This document shows positions 51,501 through 64,000 of a stretch of 64,000 nt of DNA, piece after piece. Source of the stretch: Sediminibacterium sp. (GTDB taxonomy: Bacteria; Bacteroidota; Bacteroidia; Chitinophagales; Chitinophagaceae); assembly GCA_965279585.1 (NCBI GenBank), contig CBDIIG010000003.1:369687-433686 (forward strand), in the 5' to 3' direction. The notes under the pieces were generated by a model. It did not search any database and was not told the DNA's origin. It saw only the letters and a program-made list of their open reading frames with translations. How positions within the stretch are numbered: position 1 is the first letter of the stretch; each line of letters starts with the position of its first letter. The position numbers were made by a program, and so were the translations under genes.

Positions 51501-52840
51501 ATCGTTCGCAAAGCTCTACAAATTATAGGAAAAAAATCCTTAATTGCTTCAACAATATTAATAACATTTAGAAAAATTAATTATATAACATCCGCACTTA
51601 TAAGATATTGCTTAAAAATAGTTAGAAATACTAAAACTCATAATTGCTGGCTAGAAAGCAAAATAGTTAACAAAAAAAGATAAGGAATTTATTAAAATAT
51701 TTGGCCTTCAACTAGGTCTTATCAATGATAACTTATTTGATATACCTGAAACTAAGCCTTTATAAGAAATTTAAGATCCTAGACCTCAAAGTATAGTATA
51801 AATTAATGATGAACCAGAAAGACAATAACTGGTTCCTAAGAAAAATATAAAATTATTACCTCTACCTTAGGATTAAAGAAATCGATAAGTTCGACCTATC
51901 AATGATCCTCCTGTACCTATTAACATAGTTATAAATATAAGAGGAGAATAATAAATATTTAAAAATAATAATTAAGATTTTTATAATTAACTTGGAGAAG
52001 AGTTTTATACTGTCGATCTAGATTGGGATGTGTTATCAAATAATGAGTAAATACGATAATTTCAGCTTAAATTAAGAGAAGTTAATTATAAATTAATAAT
52101 ACCAAAATAATTTTAAATCGATACTTAAGATAGAGGAAGACTAAGTGAAAATTATTAACATCAAGCAAACGGGGTTATATTTGATACCAAATATGGTGGT
52201 TAATGGAAAGATGAATTAGTTCCTGATGGATATGGAATTATGATGAGAAAGAAAAATGGATCCATCTACCAAGGAATATTTTAGAATAAACTTTTTGTTT
52301 ATGGATTTGTAATCGAGCTTAGTGGGAAAAACATTCAATTCTATACTGGATTTTACGATTAAGATGTAATTTAAAAATAATATAATTTAGAAACAATTAA
52401 AATTAGATAAGGATTGCTTGATGATATGGATCAAATAAGATAAAAATTCATTTGAGAAAGTAGAAGAACACAAAGGACCTATTTTCATGAATAACTTTGT
52501 TGGTAAGGGTTAAAGAAAATATTATAAAGTAAGAAATTATCATTTATAATAGAATAAAGAGGTATATGATGTATATGATGGCTAATGGCTAAACAATAAA
52601 AGACATGGTTAAGGAATTCTTAATTTTGGTACATCCAAATATGTTGGATAATTTTAAAATGATCTGTATCATGGAAAAGGAATTTACTACTATGAGGATT
52701 CCTTATATGAAGATGGCGAATATATTGAAGGGAAGCGAGTAGGAATTCATACATTATATAAAATAGAGACAATTAATGATAAATAAGAAATAATTGAACA
52801 AAAAAAGATAGACTATTCAAAGAAATTTTTCTGTTTTTGA
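48523..52840 (+). CDS. Very large pseudokinase / Q-rich helical repeat / MORN-repeat protein (~1400 aa)
   Basis: HRNIKTGNIIF...LSDFGSAR; about 3.8 kb of uninterrupted code-6 frame; C-terminal YDGQWLNNKRHGQG, YVGQFQNDLYHGKG. Only two late introns were needed. Confidence 0.8.
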
Positions 52841-52982
52841 TAATTACTTAATTTTTTATAATATTCTTTTTTTAAACATAATAAATAATATTATTCATTT
52901 TACATAAGATTTTTTAATATTATAAAATAAATAAATATTCTTAACTTATACTTAAACAATAATAAATCAATTTTATAAATGC

Positions 52983-54438
52983 TCATTAGCATAGTTATAG
53001 CAAATATGAGATATCTCTTATATAGTCTTAACATGGTAGTTGTAGTAATTAACTTTCTTGAACTTTAAGTAGTGAGGTACAAGTATTGACTCTCTTGTCA
53101 TATCAGAAATCAATTTGATCTAATTAATTAGTATCTCTTTTAATTAATTTTGCATCTTAATATACTCATCCTATGTTTTTTCCTAAAATATTTTTTTTGA
53201 GCCATATGGTCTCTTAAGTGGCATTGATTAGAATGCTTGCTTAACTTTGGTATTCTGATTCTTAGAGATAATCTTCATTTCAAACTATTAAAAGTTCCAT
53301 TTAAGTATCATATAAACTTCATTATATTTTTGAAATTCTTTTATGAACAGTTCTTTTTTGTTAAACATTTATGTGAACACAACCAAAGTTTATTAACTAG
53401 TTTCTATATCAGCTATTAGACCATCTTTGAAACTATCGTATGTGAGTTGATTCAAGAAATCCTATGCTATCTTGGTGTATGTTGATTTCTATTATTTCAC
53501 TTATTCAAGATGCACGCTTAGTTCCTCTGATAATTCACTCATGCACTAATCTATTTTTGTTAAATTACAAAATATACTATTGTATGTGATTTTCTCATAA
53601 TAAAACTACATCTATGGATAGAATGATTTAGTGAAAGTGGTTGGATCAACGTATAGTGATTCAAATCTCCTGAACTTGTAGTTTGTAATTGTGAATACCC
53701 AATAAGTCATCCATCTTTCATATTTCTACATCAATTCATATAGATAGGAGCACTTTCCATATATTTGTTAGATGTCTGCTAATTCTAAAGTAGATGCATA
53801 TGATGCAATAATCTCTACCATTTCAAATGGTTCAAATTACAGATGACTCAATTGGTATGTATTCTAATAGCGAGCAAAATTTTAAGTAGTAATTTATATT
53901 CCGCTCACATTTTAGATGACTTTCTAAAATATTATGAAAGCCTACTCCAAACTCTATGCTGCCCTATCAAACTCAATGCAAAATTTGTCATAATAATCTG
54001 CCACACCCCACTATAATTTAATGGCGCAATCTAAATATTGGTCAATAGAGTTAATTTGAGGGAGACTCAATTAGTTTTGCATTTAGAGTTCTAAACATGA
54101 ATATCGCTAGAAAAGCTTCTCATCAGGCATTGAGTCAAACAATAAGTTTGAATAAATGGTTCTCTTCAAATCTTCTATTCTTTACAATATCTGAATGACC
54201 AATGTTTCACTAAAAGTTTCAATTTAACTTTGGCATCTTAATAATTTTCCTAAATATATGATTGGTGTTTACTTATAGTCTCTATACCAGTTAGCATCTG
54301 CTCATGCTAGACAAAATATCCAGATGGTTTATATTTTTGAACCATCTACTCCATCAATTCCTAATACCCAATTAGATTAGGATGGGCGGACTCTAATAAA
54401 ATATGCAGATCAGGGAAAGTCAATTGGCTCTATAGCAT
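52983..54438 (-). CDS. Hypothetical protein
   Basis: Long open code-6 stretches on the minus strand. Start and exon joins are uncertain and no motif was recognised. Confidence 0.45.
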
Positions 54439-54625
54439 TAATTATATTAATATCAAATTTTTTTCTTCTAGTTTATAATTGCTTTTTCAGCTATATTTAT
54501 AGTAAATGTTTTTGTAAACATATCATGTTCTTAGATTGTAGGAATTATTAGATGGGTATAAGTGTGTTATGTGATATTTATTATTTTATTTTTCAAAATA
54601 ATAACAAAGAAAAGCAACAAGAAGG

Positions 54626-54998
54626 ATGGGATAAACTTAATCAAATATACCAAAGAATAATTTGATCATATAACTACACCTCTAAAACTAATAGAAAGTA
54701 ATGGAATTATTGGATGCGAAATTCAAAGATCCAATATTCAATATCAATAAACCAATAAATAGGGTAATTGATAAATATTATTTTTTATATTATAGTTAGA
54801 AGATACCTATTTACATTATGCTGCTTATAAGAAAGATAAAGTATTAGTTGAATATTTGAAAAAGAAAGGTGCAGATCCATATGCTAAAAATTCTGTAATT
54901 ATTTATATTATATCAAAAATATTTTTTAGAGAGGACTAACACCAATAGATGTTACAGATGATGTTGAAATAAAGAAGTTATTAGAACGTAAACTTTGA
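54626..54998 (+). CDS. Small ankyrin-repeat protein
   Basis: EDTYLHYAAYKKDKVLVEYLKKKGADPYAKNS/RGLTPIDV; two introns. Confidence 0.85.
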
Positions 54999-55066
54999 AT
55001 GGATTATTATAAATAAATTTTTTCATTAATGCAAAAATCTAATATATTAATATATTTATTTTTTAT

Positions 55067-55516
55067 ATGAGCGCTAAAAAGAATCAATTTGAAGATGATG
55101 ATCTATAACCTGTAAAGAAGGTAAAGAAGGATGAGAAAGAGGAGAAAGATGAAAAAGGAAGTATTATCATTTTTCTAAAATTAATTAGATTAAAATGATG
55201 ATTCTGATGAATTTGAAGCTGATGAAGATGAGGAAGATGATGTTTTAGAATAAGATGGTATTCATTATATCAAATTTTTTTTTTTTTTTTTATAGATGAA
55301 TTAACATCCGATCACTCTAGTATAGATATTAATGAATATTTGAAAAACAGAGATAAGATACCCTCTTCAGATGACGAGGATGAGGATGAAGATGGATAAT
55401 AGTATGAATCAGAAGAAAGCGATGAATAGCCATAAAAGGGATAATAACAATAAAAATAGTGTATAAAATATAAAAAAAAATATATAGAGCAATAGTAACA
55501 GAAAAAATCAAAATGA
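55067..55516 (+). CDS. Small highly acidic protein (possible histone/nucleolar chaperone)
   Basis: KKVKK NLS-like motif, D/E runs, three introns and a basic C-terminus. Confidence 0.6.
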
Positions 55517-55533
55517 TTAAAATATAAAAGTAT

Positions 55534-57225
55534 TCATTTATATACAGATCGCATTCTATATCTTTAATTTTCTGTAATGTTTTTTAAACTTCTTTCAGTT
55601 TTCATTTATGGAACAATTTAATTATGTATTATCTCCTCCATCGAGATTGCTCTTGCAAACTTTCCCTATGTTTATATCATAGTTGATTGATTAGGGGACG
55701 TAACTTTTGAATTGTTATTATAATTTCTAATAATAACACTACCCTAGGTGACAATCTCTCGTTTATCTAAAAATAACTTATTCCTAATATTTTAATAGCT
55801 AGATCTAATATTTCTTTTAGATTTTGATGATTCTACCAACCTTTAAGTATCCAACTTATACATATCTATATTACAATGCTCTCTTATTTTCTTGTAAAGT
55901 AAAATCTTCTAATTCCTGTCAAACTTCATTCCATTAGGCAATCCTGTTTACGTTTTTATTTTATCAATATTAACTTCAAATTCCTTCAGAAAGTTCTCCC
56001 TAGTATCTGTTTCATCATTAAAATTTGTAAATAATTTAGGTTTTTTTAAAACAATCTTATTAGTTCTAATTATGTCAGTCTTTGGCTGAGGTGGTTCATT
56101 TACAATAGGTTTAATTAGTTTTTACTCTTAATCCTTCAAAACAATCTCATCCTAACACTCTTAATCCTTTTGTATTTAAATTAATCGATTTTAAACTACT
56201 GATTTATCTCTATCGAAAAATTATCTTAGAAGTGTACTTCTAGGATTACCATAGGCATTTATTCTATCTATAAGTTCTAAAACAGAGAAGTAGGCAGTAA
56301 ATTTTAAAACATAAACTGAAGATTATGTTTAAGTCTTGGCATAGGTTTCTCTTACAACATTATGGACATTCTTTTGCACTATATCAGGAGTAACTCTCTA
56401 CATTTTGAAATGATTAATCAATTCATAGTCTCCAAAACACTAACCAGATGATAAGGCAACGACACCTCTATCTACGAATTTGTTGTTAATTCTAAACTTC
56501 TTGAATATTTCTACCTCACCAAACTTTATGATATAGAGATTTTGATCTTTATCGCCTTCAAAATAAAAATGATAGCCTCTTGGCATATCGATCTCTTATA
56601 AGTGATGTAAGAGAAATGAAACAGATAAGTGAGACCAATTTTAAAATAATGACGTATCCTTCAAAAATTAACTCTTATCTTAGAGTCTGTTCTCAAAGAA
56701 CTGATAAACAAACTTTCCATATGTATCATAAGTTAATACTAGAGTTGTAACATCCGTCTTACATAATACAGTTGAAGTTCTCGGAATGCGATGATGTAAA
56801 TTAACTTCTCCTATATAATCTCCTTAAAATATCTCCTTATTTGGAGGTCGCCCTTACTAAAGATCACTTTCCTCATTATAGCTTTGTAACACACCTTCGA
56901 GTACAAAATACATTTTTCTCCCAACATCACCAACTTGAAATAAATAATCATGCTATTGAAACCTCTCAAAATAAAGTTCTCTCAAAAACTCATAAAACCC
57001 TCTATATATAATAATTTATGTACTTGATTCATGTCTCATATACCTTTTTATATGGGCAAATATGGGAAATATTTTACATAATTGTTTGTCTGCATAAGAT
57101 AGGGATTATTCACTTCTTTCTAAAAGTGCATTTTGAATATTCCTCAAGGTAACTGAATAATTTCCAGCTTGAAAATGTTTTGCTGCATTTTATAGTAGTT
57201 GCACCTTTTTAATAGCATTTTTCAT
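55534..57225 (-). CDS. Cyclic nucleotide-binding domain protein (two cNMP domains)
   Basis: YLFQVGDVGRKMYFVLEG; DILGEVNLHHRIPRTSTV; FYFEGDKDQNLYIIKFGEVE. Confidence 0.8.
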
Positions 57226-57278
57226 TTTATAAATATTAAAAAAAATATAAAAATATAAAAATATAAAAATAATAAAAA

Positions 57279-60200
57279 TCAATCTGAATCGCTTGATTCA
57301 TAACCTTATAAATTATTCTATCTTAAGATCCTTTCTATTCTAGTAAGAGTCTCCCCATCATAAGGTATTTTTTCATTTATTTTCTCTAATTTCTTGGTTC
57401 CACTGCTTGAACTTCTTCCCTATTGTCTATTTTATTAATTTGAAGAGGATTCTGAAGAATTATACATAAGTTAAGGTTTTTTCTATTATTCAGGTTGCTC
57501 CCTTCTTACATCTGGTGGATTTGGAGGGTTCACTGTAGAATTTGCAGGAATATTTGGATCAACAAATGAGGAAACATTTTCTGGCTATACTGGCTATCTT
57601 TGCAAGGTGTTGATTAAGCTATCTAAATTCTTTGTGAGGTTTCTCAATTACTCATTCTCGATCTGATTATTTATTAATCTTGGGTCATTTTCATACTAAT
57701 TGAACTCTTCAACCAGTTTGCGAACAGTGCTTCTCTTTTTTTCACTAGAAAATACTTTGTTAGTTCTTTCATATGAATCATTCCACACTTTCATTATAAC
57801 ATATGGGTTTCTTTAATCTTATTTTTCTTGAAAATACAATTTGACTTCTTTATATCCATCATTTAATTTAATGGATTGGGGATCAAACATTATTTCACTC
57901 ACCAATTGATTAGAGTAAATAGATGATTTTTCAGCCTGATTAATTTTCTTGTCATACAATTATATTGTGAATGATCTTTCATATGAAAATTGTAAATTAA
58001 TTTCAGGGTTTTTTTAAGCATAAAAGACATCTGTTTGTAGATTACATTCAGGAATTTTTATATAACTATTAGGAATTCTATTTGAAAATTGATTTAAGTT
58101 GTGTGCACTTACAATTTAATAATGGTATCTTTATATTTTGCTGGGGGTTTTATCCCTGATTTTAGGTTTAGGGCTACTTTTTCTCAATACCTCATCTATT
58201 TAGTGAGTGATTTGAGCAGTCTCATTCACAATGAATATTCTCTGAAATTGTTTGTATTACATTTATATTATTGCTAAGAATAAAAGATAGTCAAATTTAT
58301 CATAGCAGTTAAAATTCTTAGCTTCATAATCTATGGGTTTCCTTTTACTAAGTTATTAAACAAATATATTTCTAAAATCTTCAATCCCAAAATATTATAG
58401 CACCTAAGTTACTTTATCCTAATTGACATACATTCTTTTGGTGATATCAAAGAATTTGAATTCTTTATATAAATCCTCTATTAGGTTATTATTATCACTT
58501 TGGATAACTATAGTTTAAATTATTTCTCTGCTAAATATATCTTTATTTACAATTGCCATAAGATATTAGATTTCTGAAAATGATAGTCCGATAGTTTATC
58601 TAAAATATGTCTTAAGATCAACATCCTTATTCAAATCTTATAATGATTGCATAGAGAAAATTTTATCAATATTAAGCGAATATTATGTTGGTACACATAT
58701 GTAAATTATTTTTACTCCTACTCTAGATTAAACTTTAAATTCAGATTAGTCTAAACTTAAGTAGTTAGCTTCAACAAACATACCTTCATTGTAAAATTGC
58801 GTTAATTATATTTATAAAGACCCAACGATTTTATCCTCCCCTAAAAATACGCTCCTCACTTATATTTCTATCATATCTGTTTAAAGATCCTTTTCATCTA
58901 AAATGAATACACAATCCCAAGTATTTATTATGTTTGGTTAATTAGCCTAGACTTAATAACTCTAGGACTGCATTATTGGATTAATAATCATAAAATAAAT
59001 CTCCCCTAATTCGTGCTCCTAATCAAAGATAATATAATCTAATATCCTCACAACTATCTTCTTGTTGAAATCAAGCTATTCGACTACTTCTTTTTCTTTC
59101 ATAACTTAATCAGTCTCAAAAGTAGCACAAATATTTAATATACTGCAAAACATTCCAGTTTTACTATCATCTAATGGAATCTCTCCTTCTATTATTTTAT
59201 CTTAAAATAATGATGACAAAGGAATATAGCCAATAAGAGTAAAATTTTAAATCAACATTTCTACAATTATGTTACACTTTGAGATTTAATTGGCCAATAT
59301 TTGATCACACTTAACTTTGTATTCTAATACTATATTGAACTCATTTTAATATTCATCACTAATAAATTATGGAATAGCTTATTTTAGAATTTTCTTATCA
59401 GTCCCTAAAGATACTCTAAACTTAAACTCTTTATGCATAATTTACTTGAACCATTTTATACTTCTTATCTCAATTCGAAAAGTATGCTGGATTTCAGGCC
59501 TAAGTTTTTCTTCTAATTCTTGAAATGATATTTTAGGTTCATTCAACACCTTACCGTTATTGTCCAATAATGTAATCTTATCATCCTCCCTTTAGTTTGT
59601 AGTCATATACTTTAAATCAATAGATATCTCAATCAAAGCAATCTGCTCAAATGTTTTATCATGCATAATTGATACAAAGAATGTTTCTGACTCCTTTAAT
59701 TAGAGAATTTCCTCAATAGCTATCAAACCCATACCATACTATACGTTTGCATCTCTAGATAACAATTATATCTCTAATCCAGAGTTGAATAACTTGTTTT
59801 CGACTGATCGATAAATTTCTTGATCATAATCATTATATAGGGTTGCTAAAATTTAATGATTTACTCTTGGAGCTATTTATGATAAATCTAAATTTTATAG
59901 CTTGATGTTATAAATAGAATCCTCTTAATATTGCTTACTTTAAAATTACACTTGTAGAAGTTAGATTAATAATTCAATCTTTGTATATTACTTATCCAGT
60001 TTATTGAGTCCTTTTTTACCTCTTGGAATAGGTTGAGTAACATCCCCTATCACTGGAGGCTGTGGTTCTTATTTTTTTGGAGTAATTTGAACTTCTTTAT
60101 TCTAGATCCACTCAATATATTTCCAAAATGCAATTTCAGCACAATTAGGGATGCCATCAACATGCTCGATTCCACTATAATCTTTGATCTAATGCATAAC

Positions 60201-62282
60201 TACTATTCCATCAAGTAGAGTAAATTGATATTGAAGATCCTCAAATATGGTTACTATATCATAAGGAGTCATTTTTTATAAGAAATCCCTGGTTTCTAAA
60301 TACATCTATATTTTTTCTTCATTAACTTTTGCCCATTAAATCAAATTCTTTTCAACGACTTTAGATATTTAAAGTATGGGAATGTGCAGATTCACTACTT
60401 CTTGATGAACTTCTATCTATCTTAAATAGTCAAAAATGAGATGAACCTGAACCTCGTTATTTTAATTGATTTCAAGAGTTTCAACCACCTAATTAATATT
60501 TATTGGAGAGAAAGTTGGCCCTGAAGGTTAATTATTTCCTTAAGCATTTAGTAAGAACTCTCTTAGTTTTCTTACATCAATTAAACCAAAATTAGTTTAT
60601 ATTTATCTTTCAAAAAAGTTTATAGAGTTGTACACCTATATTGCAGACTGATAAAAAGTAGTGTATATTTTTGTATACCTTTCTTTAATTGATATCTTAT
60701 AATTATTAAATGCCTTCCAAGTATTTGAAAATGATTACCAATTAGTGGAATATTAATCAACTTTAAAATAATACTCCAGCGATGCAATAATTTAATTCTA
60801 AAGATCTATATTAGTTAACTTATTCAGGATATCCTTGAATTCATCTATTAAAATATATTATTCCTTAGGGTATATCTTTAGGCTAAAGTTAATTTTATTC
60901 AATATTTCAATTAAGCAATTATCTAAATCTAATCTTTCTATTCTCTTTTCCTCCTCTTTTGGAGGTTCAGGCTAGATTTCTGGAGGAAAAACTATATTTG
61001 AGGGATTTTCTGGTTCCTCTTCTGAAAATTATGATGGGTCCATTTAGGGGAATTCTTAATTACTCAATCTATTAACTTGATAAGTTGTTCCAAATGCAAC
61101 TTTAACTCTAAAGATGGCCATTATCTATTTGGATCTTAAATCTTCGAAAGCTAAGTCACCATCAAACACAATTAGAGGATGTATATTAGATTTGAGTATC
61201 TTAATTTACTTAATGGGATCAATGCCAAATATTTATGTATGAATATAACTAAGATTTATTTTTCCAACCCCTATTAATACATCCTTATTTGTATCAGTCT
61301 ATTTGCCCCATAATTCAATCACCCATTATATTTTCTCCATTTTTAAAACAGACTCATAATTAGCAGGACATATATTCTAGTAGTTCAAGTTTAATTTAAA
61401 CACATTCCAATAAGTTTCAGTATGGTTCAAATCCTATGAACCATAACTTTTATGCTAAATGAATAGATTCAATTAATCATCACCAATTTTCTATAAACAA
61501 CTTTCTCTATTAATCCTAACCATATTAATAATATTTAGATATAGTTGAAATGACCTAATCTTATCATATATTTCTTATTCCACCTATTATATTCTTTCCT
61601 CTTCTTATCTAGCAGCAATCTCTCTCTCTTTTTGAATTTATTTCATAATTTCTTCTCTTATCTTATTAGTTTATTCATCTATATCAATCTCCTTTTTAGG
61701 AGTATAAAATTTTCCACCTTCCTAAAGCTATACTTCAATTAATAACTTTCCAACCTCTACTACCTGAATTTAATTTTACTTCTTTTGCTTACCTTATTGT
61801 TTTTATTCTATTTTTTAAGTTACAGGTAAAGTATATTGAAATTATCTTAATCCATCCATAATCATAGTATTAAGATTAAATTCTGCATTCCCTAACTCTG
61901 CCTCTGGTGTAGTTATAGTAAATTATAAAGTGCTTTAAGATGCGATAGGGAGCAATTTATCTGTTAAATTAAAGTTAGATTTGAATTGAGTGTTATAAAT
62001 AATCTTCTTACCATTTCTATCAACATCCATCACTTGATGAGTCTAATATTCAATTTATTATCCTCTTATGATGGGTATTTAGGATTTTATTATTATTTAT
62101 GGATACTAGTTCTTTGTATTTAGTTCGAGATACAATATAGTAACATTCAACGATTTAATTTACCTCAGATTAAGCTATTCTTGAGGTTCAAATTATTCAT
62201 CAATTTCTATTGGCTTATTCTTAGGCCTAAAAAGTAATGCCATATCATCCTCGAGTTGTAATAATTCCAAACTGTCGGCCAT
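57279..62282 (-). CDS. Large multi-C2-domain protein, C2CD3-like centriole/basal-body protein
   Basis: C2-type strands (IELWGKQ...VLIGVGKINL; IEVFLGEDKIVGSL) and C-terminal DGETLTRIERIL; the orthology call is tentative. Confidence 0.6.
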
Positions 62283-62349
62283 TTTTTGTTTTTATATATA
62301 TTTAAATTTGAAAATTAATAAAAAAAATAAATAACAAAATAAAATTAAA

Positions 62350-63033
62350 TCAAGAACTTCTCCCCAATAATTTATTTATCTCTTTATTCATCTCATTCTT
62401 CTTATTGATAATTGCTCTAATTTCAGCAGTAAATAGATTATGATAGGTTTTATGAAAACTAACATCATCAAGATCTAATTGAGACTCTTCAAAATCCTTT
62501 ACTCTAGCTACCAAATCCATTTCCTTCATGTAGTGGGATGAATTTCTTCTCTACTTTAACCAAAAATACATTGGAATAATTGCTAATCCGAATATTCCAA
62601 ATGATATAGCAAACAAATCTACTCCTAATTTTCCTCTTAAAGCTTAAGTTAATATGAAATCTAATTTTTTTAACAAATTAATACTTTTTTTCTGCATTTG
62701 AAACACTTTTTTTTTATGCTCAATTGATTGATTGATAGTGTTTACCATTTCTTATCCAATATTAACAACTCCTGGAAATCTAGGGTTTCTTTAAACAATA
62801 TTGACTATATCTTAAGGCACTTGTTCATTTTTATTATATTTTTCTGGCAATAATACACCTGTTTGATTATCAATCTGATCTTATAATTTTTTTATTTTAA
62901 ATTAAGGACGCTCCCTACTTTTTTCTATCAATTAACGAATGATCTCATTCTGATCCAAAGGTTTTTGAGGTGCCTATACATCTTTGATATTCCATTTTTC
63001 TTATAATTTCTTAAATAATTAATCATCTTCCAT
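62350..63033 (-). CDS. Hypothetical single-pass membrane protein
   Basis: TM segment LFAISFGIFGLAIIPMYFWL within a 220-aa frame with one intron. Confidence 0.6.
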
Positions 63034-63079
63034 TAATATATATATTTTTTTTTAAATCATACTGGTGTTAAAAGAAAGC

Positions 63080-64000
63080 ATGTCTTCAAAAGCAAATCAA
63101 AAAGCAAAGAAAGTAGAAACATTAGTAATTTATTTTTGTAATCAATAGAGTGAATAAGACCTCGAACTCAAAACTAAATTAGAAGGCTATGTATAGAGTA
63201 TTCTAACAGATGTTGATGCAAAAGATAATTTAGATAGATTGAAGTAAGAAGTACGAACAGCTACTACATCAATGACCTCAGTGCCTAAACCATTCAAATT
63301 CTTAAAAGACTCATATCAAAAATTAGTTGACCACTACAATTCGATAGAAACCACACTTTTCAAAAAATAATTAGCAGATTTCATATCAGTCCTCTCAATG
63401 ACCTATGGATAGGAGAGAGATGCCCTAAAGTACCTCTAAGAGGGCACACTTGAGGAATTTATGGCATGGGGACATGAATACTTATCCCATCTAGCATCGG
63501 ATATAGGAAAAGAATACAATATTAGAATGTAAGATTAGGCAGGTGCTGATGACCTCCTAAAATTAGTTGAAAAGATTATTCCATAATTCATGGAACATAA
63601 TTAGGAACATGAAGCAATTGATTTATTGATGGAAGTAGAAAAATTGGATGAATTAACACAATTTGTTTAGAAATAAAATTCAAGCAGAATATTGATATAT
63701 CTATTGTCATTAGCACCATTCACATCTGATAAGGATGAATTAGATCTTCTCTTAAATACAGCATTCAAATTATGTATGAAGGTGGGTGAATTTACAAATG
63801 CACTTAAAGTTGCATTAAGAATAGATAAATAAGGTTTAGTTGAAAGCGTTTTTCAAGAATGTTTAGATCCATTAATCCGAAAACAATTAGCATTTTAAGT
63901 AGCAAGACACAGATACCTATTACCTGAAGAATTTTTAGATTAAGAATTGAATTCAATTGCATCCAATCACAAGCTATCACAATTTTACTTGCATTTAGCA
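63080..64000 (+). CDS. RPN1: 26S proteasome regulatory subunit RPN1/PSMD2 (runs off window)
   Basis: EQDLELKTKLE...EVRTATTSMTSVPKPFKFL...LADFISVLSMT...WGHEYLSHLASDIG...EHEAIDLLMEVE. Confidence 0.96.

Noticed and set aside
20241-57225. Globin, PDE, cyclase and cNMP-binding genes as a co-located signalling system
   Set aside because: They are spread over 37 kb among unrelated genes, and these families are greatly expanded in ciliates. The globin is convergent with, not fused to, the PDE.
1-64000. Supplied standard-code ORF track as the gene set
   Set aside because: TAA/TAG fall at conserved Gln positions in RPS3, RPS13, globin and kinases, and genes end in TGA. Track ORFs are fragments or antisense shadows.
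1-64000. In-frame TGA recoding (selenocysteine or frameshifting), retained IESs, telomeric repeats, tRNA/rRNA
   Set aside because: Internal TGAs that I followed up could be removed by a plausible tiny intron, though a few hypothetical genes remain unresolved. I saw no TA-bounded insertion breaking a conserved motif, no C4A2/C3A3 tract and no structured RNA gene.

Overview
AT-rich eukaryotic DNA from a ciliate macronuclear genome, most likely Paramecium or a related peniculid. TAA/TAG read as Gln, TGA is the only stop, and genes carry tiny GT-AG introns of about 21-40 nt. The supplied standard-code ORF track therefore shows mostly gene fragments or antisense shadows. Manual translation with code 6 gives about 45 densely packed protein-coding genes, with inferred intergenic gaps often under 30 nt. 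Recognisable genes include RPS3, RPS13, RPL22, RPN1, mitochondrial RbfA, cysteine synthase, a truncated haemoglobin, a TPR/U-box ligase, SYS1, a PDE, an sAC-type cyclase, a CLU-domain protein, a TBC GAP, an Unkempt-like CCCH protein and several kinases. I saw no rRNA, tRNA, CRISPR array, telomere repeat or transposase. Strongest observations: (1) the RPL22 intron is an unusually GC-rich hairpin that covers its own 3' splice site and holds an in-frame TGA, suggesting autoregulation; (2) two tandem Ulp1/SENP-like proteases whose catalytic domains are split by roughly 280-340 aa inserts; (3) a junction where a DnaJ gene and a papain-family gene both lack their 5' ends; (4) an eight-gene head-to-tail array with a TGATG stop/start overlap; (5) unusual architectures (sAC-STAND-PH; pseudokinase-repeats-MORN). 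All coordinates, introns and homology calls were made by hand without database searches and span introns.
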